Assembly (NCBI GenBank): GCA_002269645.1
Contig: NIVC01000283.1
Location: 653,263 to 717,262, forward strand
Length of the DNA stretch: 64,000 nucleotides
From: Macrostomum lignano
Lineage: Eukaryota
Reading direction: 5' to 3'
Part shown: one piece after another, positions 25,309 through 38,800 of the stretch
Numbering within the stretch: the first letter of the stretch is position 1
Layout of the letters: the number at the start of each line of letters is the position of its first letter
Translations under genes and position numbers: made by a program
The notes under the pieces: model-generated
What the model saw: only the letters and a program-made list of their open reading frames with translations
Told to the model about the DNA's origin: nothing
Databases searched by the model: none

Positions 25309-28291
25309 TTAATTATCGTCATCTGACGACGAAGCTATTGGCTCTTCTTCGTCTGTGGTTGATTCAGCTTCGACTTCAGGTTGACCTTCAGGTTGACCTC
25401 CAGGATGGCCTCCAGGATGAGCTTCAGGTTGCCCTTCAGGTTGCCCTTTAGGATGACCTTCAGGATGACCTTCAGGTTGCCCTTTAGGATGACCTTCAGG
25501 ATGACCTTCAGGTTGCCCTTTAGGATGACCTTCAGGTTGACTTTCAGGATGACCTTCAGGCTGACCTTCAAGCGGCCTCTCAGTAGTCGGGAGGCCGGTC
25601 TGTCGACAATCTTCGCCAAGAATCTGCCGCTCCCAGATGGCCCGTCGCCTGGCAGCCTGCTCCTCCGTCTCCTCCACGTGGTACTTGGTCCGGCCGTCCC
25701 AGATGGCGGCTTTGAGCACCCGGCCGGCGCGGAACATCCGACCATCGAGCTGGCTGAGAGCCAGGCTGCACTGGCCGGACTCGGCGAAGGTGACCAGCAC
25801 GACGCCGTCGGGGTTGCGATCGTGCACCACGGCCTTGCGCACCGGGCCGTACTGGGCGCAGCGGGTCACAACATCGTCGCGGATTTTCTCCAACAGCAGC
25901 GGATCCGAGTCGAATTCGGACGGGTCAAACACGTTGGAAATCACCAAAACTCGGTCGGAGCGGCGGGCGGCGTTCGCGCCTGCGCTGACGCCAAGGCCGC
26001 CGTCTGCTGAGGCGGCGGAATCGGCGGGCGCCCAGGCCAACAGGCGGGTTTGCTGCTCTTTCACCTGCGGGTTTGGTAGCGGGCCGGTAATGCGACCTGT
26101 TGGAGCGAGTCTGGATTTTCCTAATCTGAATTCTCCCTAATCCCTAATCTAGTCGAAATTCTCTTCCATAAGTCCCCAATCTAGATTCTTCCCCATAATT
26201 CCCCAATCTTAATTCTCCTCATGATTCCCCAATCTGAATTCTCCCCATGATTCCCCAATCTGAATTCTCCCCATGATTCCCCAATCTGAATTCTCCTCAT
26301 AATTCCCAAATCTGAATTCTTCCCATAATTCCCCAATCTGAATTCTCCTCATGATTCCCTTATCTGAATTCTCTTCCATAATTTCTCAAACTGAATTCTC
26401 CTCATGATTCCCCAATCTGAATTCTCCCATGATTCCCCAATATGAATTCTTCCCATAATTCCCCAATCTGAATTCTCCCCATGATTCCCCAATCTGAATT
26501 CTTCCCATAATTCCCCAATATGAATTCTTCCCATAATTCCCCAATCTGAATTCTTCCCATAATTCCCCAATCTGAATTCTCCCCTAAATTCCCCAATCTA
26601 AATTCTCCCTAAAATCCCTCATTTGAATTCACCCCGTAATTCCCTAATCTGCATTCTCCTCATACTTCCCAATTCCCCTTTCCCAGTGAACAAAGCTCCC
26701 TATTCCCTTTAACCCGACACCCGACTCCCTCACCTTCTTCTTCTCCTTATTAGTGAGCTTCCTCCGCTTGCTGGGGTCGAACCCCTCCTTGGGCTGGAAC
26801 TTGGCCGGCTCCACGCTGACCTCGCAGTCTCGCAGCCGGTAGCCGTCCAGAATCTGCAGGGCCAGCGCCACCGACTCCTTCTTGATGTAGCCGCACCTGG
26901 CGCTGCCGTTAAAATTGCCATCTTCGTCCGTGTACAGCTTGACCTTCGGCCGGCGCGTCAGCGGGTCGTGCAGCACCATGCCGCACTTGGACATGAACTC
27001 GATGAACTCCGGCTCGGTCAGGTCTAGCGGCAGGTTCTGCACGAAAACGTGCGTGTTCTGGTCTGGCGGCACCTCGAACCATTGCTGCTGCTGCTGGTCT
27101 GGCTTCTTCTTTTTCAATTCGCGTTTCCTGCTCTGCTGCTGCTGCTGCTGGCTTGCCGTTGAAGACTCACCGTCTGCAGGGGTTTTAATAAGGGTTTAAG
27201 GGGGAAATTATTTGTTTGGCATTGGATGGCATTGGAACTCAGGCACTAAAGGGATCCCGATGTAGTATAGATCCCAAACTGGGATCAAAAGTGTTATAAA
27301 TCACATACTAGGATAAAAAGTGCTGTAGATCTTACACTGGGATCAAAAGTGTGATGGATCTCAAACTGGGATATTAGAATGTGTTATAGATCCCAAACTG
27401 GGATCAAAATGTTTTATAGATCCCAAACTGGGATCAAAATGTGTTATAGATCCCAAACTGGGATCAAAATGTTTTATAGATCCCAAACTGGGATCACAAT
27501 GTGTTTTAGATCCCAAACTAGGATTAGAATGTGTTTTAGATCCCAAACTAGGATTAGAATGTGTTATAGATCCAAAACTGGGATTAGAATATGTTATAGA
27601 TCCCAAACTAGGATTAGAATGTGTTTTAGATCCCAAACTAGGATTAGAATGTGTTATAGATCCAAAACTGGGATTAGAATATGTTATAGATCCAAAACTG
27701 GGATTAGAATGTGTTATAGATCCCAAACTGGGATCAAACTGTGTTATAGATCCCGAACTGGGATGAAAATGTGTTATAGATCCCAAACTGGGATCACAAT
27801 GTACTACACACTCTAACAAACAATTGGGGATAAAAATAGCTCAAATAAAATCCCATACCTTGCCCAGCAGTTGCGGCAGTAGTCGCTGAATCACTGTACC
27901 GAGCGTACCAGTCCCTGTACTCCTGGGAATTATAATACTGCTCCCAATATTCCCTAGCCTTCTCTTGCTCCTCCGGCGGCAGGGAGTCGAACTCCGGACC
28001 TCCAATCGGCTGCTGCTGCTGCTGCTCAGAGGTGCCGTAGCCAAGCTGATAGCGAATGAGCATTTCCGAGTCGATTCTAGGAAACCAAGCCTGTTTGTCC
28101 TCGTCCCAATCGAACACGGTGCCGTCCTCGTCAGTTCGGGTTTTTTTATTGGCCTCATTATCATTCGTCCGTTGGTTCGAGACGCCATTGGCAGCATCTT
28201 TTGCGGCGGCTTCCTCGCGTTCCAGGCGAAGTTGGGTGTCGAAATCGACGTTGTTATCGTCTGCTTCGGACATTGCCTTGGGGGCGAGCAT
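25309..28291 (-). CDS. HTATSF1: HIV Tat-specific factor 1 / CUS2 homolog (U2 snRNP-associated, RRM + UHM); exons 28291-27859, 27173-26734, 26064-25309; ~542 aa
   Basis: N-terminal 'WDEDKQAWFPRID', RRM1 'NTHVFVQNLPLD...KVKLYTDEDGNFNGSARCGYIKKESVALALQILDG', UHM 'VLVISNVFDPSEFDSDP...HDRNPDGV...LDGRMF...IWDGRTKYHVEET'. All junctions are GT-AG and in frame. Confidence 0.93.
26115..26680. repeat. HTATSF1 intron 2 minisatellite (AATCTGAATTCTCCCCATGATTCCCC)n
   Basis: Tandem units fill most of the intron. Confidence 0.95.
27250..27800. repeat. HTATSF1 intron 1 30-bp minisatellite (AGATCCCAAACTGGGATTAGAATGTGTTAT)n
   Basis: Tandem units fill most of the intron. Confidence 0.95.
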
Positions 28292-28334
28292 GCATTTTTA
28301 CGTGTTCAATTTTACAAAACAGAAACTTGACTGA

Positions 28335-29092
28335 GGAGTGACCTACTTTAATTAGGAGTGACCCACTACAGTTATGAGTGACCGAGGTCTACTTTTTGAG
28401 TGACATGCTTAGATTAGAAGTGACATAGTGTAATTAGGAGTGACATACTGTAAATAGGAGTGATCTACTATAACTAGGAGTGACATACTGTAATTAGGAG
28501 TGACCTACAGTAGTTAGAAGTGACCTACTGCAAATAAGAGTGACTTAGTGTAACTAGGAGTGACCTACTGTAATTAGGAGTGACCTACTGTAATTAGGAG
28601 GGACCTACTGTAATTAGGAGTGACCTACTGTAATAAGGAGTAACATACTAATTAGGAGTGACCTACTGTAATTAGGAGTGACCTATACTAATTAGGAGTG
28701 ACCTACTGTAATTAGGAGTGACCTACTGTAATTAGGAGTGACCTATACTAATTAGGAGTGACCTACTGTAATTAGGAGTGACCTATACTAATTAGGAGTG
28801 ACCTACTGTAATTAGGAGTGACCTACTGTAATTAGGAGTGACCTACTGTAATTAGGAGTGACCTACTGTAATTAGGAGTGACCTACTGTAATTAGGAGTG
28901 ACCTACTGTAATTAGGAGTGACCTACTGTGATTAGGAGTGACCTACTGTAATTAGGAGTGACCTACTGTGATTAGGAGTGACCTACTGTAATTAGGAGTG
29001 ACCTACTGTAATTAGGAGTGACCTACTGTAATTAGGAGTGACCTACTGTAATTAGGAGTGACCTACTGTAATTAGGAGTGACCTACTATAAT
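28335..29092. repeat. 20-bp minisatellite (TAATTAGGAGTGACCTACTG)n
   Basis: Tandem units immediately upstream of HTATSF1. Confidence 0.96.
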
Positions 29093-30364
29093 CAGTGTGA
29101 AGCAATTATAACAATTTAAACAAAGCAAGCCAACATGCATTTAAGCGGGTGCAAATAAAACATCTTATACAGTAATAACAGTAGTAAACAAGTGTATTTT
29201 AAGTTTTGTGCAATTCGAAGGAAAAACAGGAAACAATAAAATAATAGAAAAATACAACGACAATAATAACCAAAACGTAAAGTAAAAAATCTGCGAAATC
29301 TTTATTTAAAAAGGTGATCTGCTATTAAAAGCTGACAGTAATATCGCAGGCTAATACAGACACAGCTGTCATGGCTGTTTATAAGGTGATTTGACTCGAA
29401 AAATAAACGATGCCATTATCATACTGTTTGCCGGTATTAGAAATAAATTTTGATTGAACCATTTCTAAATAAAAAATACGCGTGATACGCTACTTAAAAA
29501 TTCAGCAGTAGAGTATGACGCGCATGAACATTATTAATTAACAATACAAGATCGGAAAACAAGCGTGAACTGAACTTATAATTAGCAAAATAAAAATGCA
29601 AAAAGCTTTGAAAATAAAATCGCAAAATTTTGATCATTGAAATGGCGCGAGTTTAAAATATCACATAGTTTAAGCTGAAGAAAACAAAGTTTTTGGTCGA
29701 TATCACAGGGAGAGCCAGCTCGTTAAGGAACAGGGTGCGGTTCGGATATTTCCCGATGTCGATAATTGTACACAATGTACTTTTACCTTTCAAAATTAAA
29801 GCGCATTTTTACAGCACGTACAATATTACTCGTCTTTCAAAACATATCGGCTAAAAATTGCTAATTTTTTAAAAAATAAAACAATGCTGGAGTGAACGGG
29901 AATTCGCATAGAATCAACATCGAAAATGCTTTTAATTTTATTAATAAGCGCGTATTCTACTACTCATTACTAAACATTAGTAGTTGAGTTAGTTGAAGCA
30001 TGAAAAAAACTGCAAGGAAAATTAATGATCAAATTGAAGCTGATAGCCAAAATTAATTAATTAAACATACAACCCATGCAATTAATTAGCAAAAGCAGCC
30101 AGTTTGCTGAGCTGAGCGTGAGGAATCACAAATTATGAGTAAGCAATATCAAGTCGGGGAAATTATGGAAGCTATTGATATCAGGTCTCACACATCATAT
30201 TATTATTAGTGTCCGTCCAGTTCCCGTCCTTTCCGAGCCCAGCATAAATCAAATTGTAAACATTATTCTGTGGCTACTGTAGAAAATCGTGTGAGGAAGG
30301 GGAATAGTAGAAAGCTAGCAAAGCGCGATTTTGGGGACCGATCGGGGATAGCCTTCATATAGAT

Positions 30365-31276
30365 AGGCCTTCAAAACCAATGGGTCAATAAGACTGACAG
30401 GCCTTCAAAACCAATGGGTCAATAAGACTGTCAGGCCTTCAAAACCAATGGGTCAATAAGACTGTCAGGCCTTCAAAATCAAAGGGTCAATAAGACTGTT
30501 AGGCCTTCAAAACCAATGGGTCAATAAAACTGACAGGCCTTCAAAACCAATCGGTCAATAAGACTGTCAGGCCTTCAACACCAATGGGTCAATAAGACTG
30601 TTAGGCCTTCAAAACCAATGGGTCAATAAGACTGTCAGGCCTTCAAAACCAAGGGGGTCAATAAGACTGACAGGCCTTCAAAACCAATGGGTCAATAAGA
30701 CTGTCAGGCCTTCAAAACCAAGGGGGTCAATAAGACTGTCAGGCCTTCAAAACCAAGGGGGTCAATAAGACTGACAGGCCTTCAAAACCAATGGGTCAAT
30801 AAGACTGACAGGCCTTCAAAACCAATGGGTCAATAAGACTGTCAGGCCTTCAAAACCAATGGGTCAATAAGACTGTCAGGCCTTCAAAACCAAGGGGGTC
30901 AATAAGACTGACAGGCCTTCAAAACCAATGGGTCAATAAGACTGTCAGGCCTTCAAAACCAAGGGGGTCAATAAGACTGTCAGGCCTTCAAAACCAAGGG
31001 GGTCAATAAGACTGACAGGCCTTCAAAACCAATGGGTCAATAAGACTGTCAGGCCTTCAAAACCAAGGGGGTCAATAAGACTGTCAGGCCTTCAAAACCA
31101 AGGGGGTCAATAAGACTGACAGGCCTTCAAAACCAATGGGTCAATAAGACTGACAGGCCTTCAAAACCAATGGGTCAATAAGACTGTCAGGCCTTCAAAA
31201 CCAATGGGTCAATAAGACTGTCAGGCCTTCAAAACCAAGGGGGTCAATAAGTCTGACAGGCCTTCAAAACCAATGG
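30365..31276. repeat. 34-bp minisatellite (AATGGGTCAATAAGACTGWCAGGCCTTCAAAACC)n
   Basis: Tandem units; a residual half-unit follows the inserted element at 32771. Confidence 0.96.
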
Positions 31277-32770
31277 CCCGCCTGGCCCAAACACCCGGTT
31301 TTCGTCCGGATTTGGTCCGGAATTGTCCGGTTTTAGCGGTTTTTCCGGATCAAGCTAAATTTCATCCGGATTTTATCCGGTTGTACAGTCCGGATAAAAA
31401 TTTGGAGGATCCTCCGGACCAAAACCGGATAAAAAGTTTTTTGCAAACGTCTTTCATCCGGTTATTTCACCCGGAAATTTATCCGGTCGATTTTCCAACA
31501 CAAATTGGACAAAACCCGGAGCAAAATCCGGACGGCCTCCGGACGAGAGTAGTTTTTTCGTCCGGAAATCGATCCGGTATTTCATCCACTAGTTTATCCA
31601 CTGTTCGAGACGGATCTAACCGGATAAAATACCGGATTAAATTTTACTTATATCCTCCCTACAGTTTTGAGTGAGTGTGGTTTATGTGAAGCAGATTTTC
31701 TATTCTAAATAGTCGTGGGGATTATGGAAGGAGCCTCCGATGACCCCATCATACGGTGATCCCCTCAGGCAATCCCTGGCATACACCTGGTCAGTGTCGC
31801 AAATTCCTTCCGATCTTGTCCCTCTTTGGGACTGTTTTGTTCTGCGTCACATTATTACCCTTCACAGTGACCAAGCCGGGTACCAACAAGCCGTCCACCA
31901 CCCAGCCGTCCGACTCTGGCGTACTCGGACATGTTGTCGACATATCGGAGCTGGACGGGAGTGACGACATGCTGAACCTAATAGTTCGCAATTAGTAACA
32001 GAAGAATTTTAAGTTCGACTGTTAGGAAACTTCCGTCCGTTTTGGCTGAAATAGGTTGGAGCAAGTTTTCATAGGAATGCAGCAGTGTTACTCAGTAAAA
32101 TAATTGCCATCACTGCAATCGATGACCCTCTGCCAACGAGAGGGCAGACTTTGGATGCCAGCTGGCATCCAACACAGCTTCATTATCCTCTGCATAGAAA
32201 AGTATAAAAACGGACAGAACTTTCCTAACAACCCAATAACTAAAAAATAAAATTTTGTGGTCCCCTTTGGTGTCCGAGGTAGAGCCCTTAATCTGTAGTT
32301 AGTCTATATGGTGCTTAATATATCTCTTAATCTGTTACGTGTTTTCCATTTTTCTTCTCTTATTAGTAATCAAATTTATACTGCCAAATCTATCTCCGCG
32401 TCTATCGAGATCCGGCTTTTTATCCGGAAATTCACCCGGCGTTTCATCGACTAAGGAACCCAGTCACGTTGGTCCGGCTTTTTATCCGGAAATTCACCCG
32501 GTATTTCATTCTGCACTGCTGATCCGGATTTGATCCGGTTTGTCGTCCGCATTTACATCCGCTAAAAACCGGAGGGAAACCGGAGATTCTTCCGGATAAA
32601 CCCCCGGATCTAGACCCGGATGAAAGTACTCAAAATTCACACTCTCATCCGGAATGTTAACAATTCCTCCGGCTTTCGTCCGGTATTTTAAATGGGAATT
32701 TTATATTACGAGCCGGATGAAAATTCGGAATTGTGCCCGGAGAAATTTCCGGATGATTGGGCCAGGCGGG
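31277..32770. mobile_element. Non-autonomous CMC/EnSpm-like element, 1494 bp, inserted in a minisatellite
   Basis: Perfect 14-bp TIR CCCGCCTGGCCCAA. 2-bp TSD GG; removing it restores the minisatellite unit ACCAATGGGTCAATAAG. Dense subterminal (T)CCGG(A) motifs at both ends. Confidence 0.88.
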
Positions 32771-32882
32771 GGGTCAATAAGCCAGACCGAAAATCCCTAT
32801 AAAGATGAAGCAATATAACACAGACGAAAATCAATCAAAGTGAGCAAGAGTGAACAAACCATAATAACAATAATAATATACA

Positions 32883-35800
32883 TTAAGCAGCGACTCCAGT
32901 AGTCGCAGCCGACCGCCTCTTGTGCCTGAGATACTGAGCGGACAGTGACCTGGATAAGGCGCACTGCATCGAATGAAACCAGTTGGCGTCATCTTGAAGC
33001 TGCTGATGCTGCTGAGGATTCTGTTGCTTGGAAGCTGTTCGAGTGTAACGATAGTCGATAGTCGCGGCGCCTGTTGTCGCACCTGTGGAACATCGATCTG
33101 GCGGCTCGGGTTCAACTGGTTGAATTCGTCTGACCCGCAGGGTGCCGCCAGATTGCAATTCAAGTTGCAGTTCGCGCGGCGCGTCGTGATTCGCCCGACG
33201 TCTGGGCTTCACCGCCTTCAGGCTGAGGCTCTTGGTGACGCGGGGCGTCACCACCTGCGGGGATGCGGCGGGCCGATTCTCATATGAGATTGAATTGGGG
33301 CGATTCTCATATGAGATTGATGGGCGATTCTCATATGAGATTGAGATGGGGCGATTCTCATATGAGATTGAGATGGGGCGATTCTCATATGTGATTGACG
33401 GGCTATTCTTATATGAGATTGATGGGCGATTCTCAATTAGATTGATAGGCGATTCTCATGAGATTGATGAGCGATTCTAATATGAGATTGATGGGCGATT
33501 CTCATGAGATTGATAGGCGATTCTCATGAGATTAATAGGCGATTCTCATATGTGATTGACGGGCGATTCTCATATGAGATTGATGAGCGATTCTCATAAG
33601 ATTGATAGGCGATTCTAGTTTGAGATTGACGGGCTATTCTTATATGAGATTGAGATTTGGCAATTCTCATATGAGATTGATAGGCGATTCTCAATTAGAT
33701 TGATGAGCGATTCTCATATGAGATTGATGGGGTTTTCTCGCACGAGATTGAGTTGGGGCAATTCTCATATGAGATTGAGAAGGCGCGATTCTAACATGAG
33801 ATTGAAATGGAAGATTCTCATATGAGATTGAGATGGGGCGATTCTCAGAGCGACTCCTTTAGAGAAAATTGAGAGTACCGTACTCACAGAAAGAAAATTT
33901 ATTCATGTTACTAAGAATATTTGAGGGAATTTTACGCACTGGGAAGCTCATTGCCAACATAAACTGGCAGACTGCCTTCCAGACCGAGGCTTAACCTCAG
34001 ACCCCCCTATAAAACTTGCCCGCTAAGCTCCATCATCATTATTCGTGAATTTGAAATGAACGTCGAAAACGAAAAAAAACACTTGACAGAGAAGTCAGCC
34101 AGGCCGAATAGCCAACCTCCCAGCCAGCCATAATTTACGGTTTGGGAGATCATTACTTATACACTGATATCATTATTAGAAATGCACCCGCTAGAGTTGC
34201 AGGGGGACTTTACGACACCCGCGACTCGCACTGACTTGACGCGCCGAAGTCCCCGCGAGGCATTCAAATTGGGAGGGGGGAGGGCGAGAAAAAGAGGGGA
34301 CAGAGGGGGAGAGAGAGCGGAGAATATCGACTAAAAGAACCAGAGATTAACGAGACTGCCTGGGCAGATTGAAACAGAAGTGCAGTCCCAGGGCCCAGCC
34401 CTCCCCACCGTCAGCGGCCTGACACGTAGAGGGAGAATATATCATCAAGATGTACTTTTGCGCTGAAGTCGCAAGCTAAAGACGGAATCCAATCTGTTAA
34501 AAATAAAACTGCCAATATCTCCACTCGCATCGGTCAGTCATGCGTGAAGGCCGAGCTTATGGGAGCTCATTAGGAGAGGGGGGGTAGAAGCTGAACTGAT
34601 CCCATTCAGTGGAATTCGAGCGTTTGAAGTTACCCCATTCAAGGGAAATTTCTAGGAGCCAGATTATATTATAGGAGCGTATTGTTGGGATATTTTAGTA
34701 ACAAAAAATACACAGATCCCAATTAGGGAATTTTTAGTAACTAAAACTACATAGATCATATTAAAGGGATATTTTAGCAAATTAAACTACACAAATCCCA
34801 ATCAGGGGATATTTTAGCAAATTAAACTACACAAATCCCAATTAGGAGATATTTTAGCAAATTAAACTACACAAATCCCAATTAGGGGATATTTTAGCAA
34901 ATTAAACTACACAAATCCCAATTAGGAGATATTTTAGCAAATTAAACTACACAAATCCCAAACAGGGGATATTTTAGCAAATTAAACTACACAAATCCCA
35001 ATTAGGAGATATTTTAGCAAATTAAACTACACAAATCCCAAACAGGGGATATTTTAGCAAATTAAACTACACAAATCCCAATTAGGAGATATTTTAGCAA
35101 ATTAAACTACACAAATCCCAAACAGGGGATATTTTAGCAAATTAAACTACACAAATCCCAATTAGGAGATATTTTAGCAAATTAAACTACACAAATCCCA
35201 AACAGGGGATATTTTAGCAAATTAAACTACACAAATCCCAATTAGGAGATATTTTAGCAAATTAAACTACACAAATCCCAATTAGGAGATATTTTAGCAA
35301 ATTAAACTACACAAATCCCAATCAGGGGATATTTTAGCAACTAAGCTACACGGATCCCAATTACGGATATCTCTAAACTCACCGTCAGCATCTGGTCGGC
35401 CTCCTGCAGGCTGATCTGCGACACACGCCAGCCGCCCAGACTGCCGCTCTTCTTGATCTCGCAGCGCATGGGGCCACTAGGCCTGGCTGGGCTGTGGTTG
35501 CACTCAAAGCAGCACCACATACCGTAGGCGCCATTGAACTCAAACAGATCAAAGAATCGTTTCCTGTGCAACTCTCTGAGCATGGAGTCCAGCTGGCTCA
35601 AGGCCGGGAAAGCGCTAGTGACTGTTGGCAAGAACTCAGCTTCATCTAACAGGCTGCACCAGAGGCTGCGAATAGGCAGCATGTCCGGGTGGCGCTGCGA
35701 CACGGCATGGCCCAGCTCCGTCTGTTTAATCAAGAACAGCAGATGCAGCCAGAGCCGAGGCTGAGCAGTGAGCATGCTAAACAGCGGAGTAGTCGGGCAG

Positions 35801-38800
35801 GTGTTCAAGCAGCGTTCCGAGTTGGCCTCGCACCGGAAGCCTAAGCATAGCCGGCGCTTATTAGACAGCAGACGGCGTTTTTTAACGTCCATCCATATTG
35901 CGCAGGGAGCCGGCAGGCGCAGCTTGGCGCGGGACACAAACGATACGAGCTTGCGATAGTGCTTGGAGCAGAATTTCTCTGCGGCATCGGATGACAGGGT
36001 GATGGCCTGCTGGCGATGCTGCTCGGTCCATACCGGCTCATTGTCTGCGGGCAACGGGGGTTGTAAGCGCGGCGTTAAATTCGCGTGATTAGGGATCTGC
36101 ATTGGGTCATTAGGGATCTGCATTGGATCATTAGGGATCTGCATTGGGTCATTAGGGATCTGCATTGGGTCATTAGGGATCTGCATTGGGTCATTAGGGA
36201 TCTGCATTGGGTCATTAGGGATCTGCATTGGGTCATTAGGGATCTGCATTGGGTCTCATTAGGGATCTGCATTGGGTCATTAGGGATCTGCATTGGGTCA
36301 TTAGGGATCTGCATTGGGTCATTAGGGATCTGCATTGGGTCATTAGGGATCTGCATTGGGTCATTAGGGATCTGCATTGGGTCATTAGGGATCTGCATTG
36401 GGTCATTAGGGATCTGCATTGGGTCTCATTATGGATCTGAATTGGGTCATTAGGGGTCTGCATGGGGTCTCATAAGGGATCATTAGAAATCTCATTAGGG
36501 ACCACTAGGAAGCTAAATTAAGGATCAGTAGGGAGCTAAATTAGGGATCACTAGGGAGCTAAATTAGGGATCACTAGGGAGCTAAATTAGGGATCACTAG
36601 GGAGCTAAATTAGGGATCACTAGGGAGGTAAATTAAGGATCACTAGCGAGCTAAATTAAGGATCACTAGGGAGGTAAATTAAGGATCACTAGGGAGGTAA
36701 ATTAAGGATCAGTAGGGAGCTAAATTAAGGATCAGTAGGGAGCTAAATTAAGGATCACTAGGGAGCTAAATTAAGGATCACTAGGGAGCTAAATTAGGGA
36801 TCACTAGGGAGCTAAATTAGGGATCACTAGGGAGCTAAATTAGGGATCACTAGGGAGCTAAATTAGGGATCACTAGGGAGCTAAATTAGGGATCACTAGG
36901 GAGCTAAATTAAGGATCACTAGCGAGCTAAATTAAGGATCACTAGGGAGGTAAATTAAGGATCACTAGGGAGGTAAATTAAGGATCACTAGGGAGCTAAA
37001 TTAAGGATCACTAGGGAGGTAAATTAAGGATCACTAGGGAGCTAAATTAAGGATCAGTAGGGAACTAAATTAAGGATCACTAGGGAGCTAAATTAAGGAC
37101 CACTAGGGAGCTAAATTAAGAATGCTTTAGAAATGTTTTTAGGACACCGAAATCGGATGTTTAACTATCGCATATAAGAGATAATAACTGGTCGCAGTCA
37201 TAGCAAAAGCTGGTCTTGTTGGGCCCTACCCAGCTCAGTATATAACCAACATCTCACCAGCGTCATCAGCAGCGCCGGATCCGAAATAGGCCACCATAGA
37301 AGCTGACGGCATTGCTTGCGATCTGGCCCGTTCAATACGCCGCGAGCTGCCGCCGCCGCCAGTCGAACTTCGATTGGAATTGGGCAGCATTAAACAGCTG
37401 ACTACATGCTGACTACTGCCGTGATGCTCCTGTTGCTGCTGCAGTTGCAATTGTTGCTGCTGTTGCTGCTGCTGCTGCTGCAAGCAGTCTATAGCCAAAC
37501 ACTCTAAACTATCTAATAATTGACCAGCCTCAACAAGCGAGGAGTTCGAAGCGCCAGCAGCAGCGGCAGCAGCAGCAGCCTCTACTCGATAGCCAGCCGT
37601 TGCTAGGGCCGCTCGAAGATTCGGTATTCGAGCTTCCAACGAAGCGGCAAATAGTCTGGGATTGAGCCGGGCCAGTTGCAGCAGACACGCCAGCAGTTGG
37701 CAGGCCAGCCGACCGGAATTAGCCAGCGCCAGGTGCGCGGTCAATACGTCGGCAACCGGTTCGAACTGACTGGGGTAGGCAGCCAGTAGGCGGGCAAAGA
37801 TTTCAGCTAGGGAGCGGACAGCCAGAGGCCAGGCAGGGTGAACAGCAGACAGGGCGGAGACCAGGGGCAGGCAGGCCGCCGGGTTGCGGCGCTGGATGTT
37901 GACAAGAACTGGGAGGCCGCACTCGGCCGTGTCGGCGTCCAGCTGGCCTAGCAGGGCTCGAGCGTGAGGCAGCAGGCAGTCGGGCGTGGCCAAGGACATG
38001 GCGGCTAGGAGGCGGAGCAGGTCGCGTTTGAGCTGCCGACTGTCCTGGACTGGCTGGCTTCTGGAATCGAAGAATATCGCGATTCTTGGAAAGGGGGAAG
38101 AATAGCGATTCTTAGAAAGGGGGAAGAATAGCGATTCTTAGAAAAGGGGAAGAATAGCGATTCTTAGAAAGGGGGAAGAATAGCGATTCTTTGAAAGGGG
38201 GAAGAATAGCGATTCTTAGAAAGGGGAAGAATAGCGATTTTTGGAAAAAGGGGAAGAAGAGCGATTCTTAGAAAAGGGGAAGAATAGCGATTCTTAGAAA
38301 GGGGGAAGAATAGCGATTCTTAGAAAGGGGAAGAATAGCGATTCTTAGAAAGGGGAAGAATAGCGATTTTTGGAAAAAGGGGAAGAATAGAGATTCCTGG
38401 AAGGAAAGGAATAGCGATTCTTGGAAAAAGGGAAAGAATAGGCCTAGAAAAGGGGAAAAATAAGATTGGGTGAAAAGAGAAAAAGCGCGATTCTTGGAAA
38501 AGCGAAAGAATAGCGATTCTTGAAACAGAGTAAACAATATCGTTTCTTGGAAAAGGAAAAGATTAGCAGTTCTTAGAAAGGGTAAAGAGTGATTCTTAGA
38601 AAGGAAAGAATAGATATTCTTAGAAAGGGGGTAGGAATGGGGCAATCCTTAATAGGGTGTAAGAGCGGCAATCCTTAAAATATAAAAAGTACGGGGCTAT
38701 TCTGTTTAAAATAGGGGCCCCGGCAACGGAGCATAAGAATTCTGTTAGAAAAATGGAAAAATTCATCAACAATCAAGGTTTTCAGAATAATTAGACCAGT

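Noticed and set aside
36500-37115. TTAGGG-containing units as interstitial telomere
   Set aside because: TTAGGG is a single hexamer inside a 23-bp unit, not a (TTAGGG)n tract.
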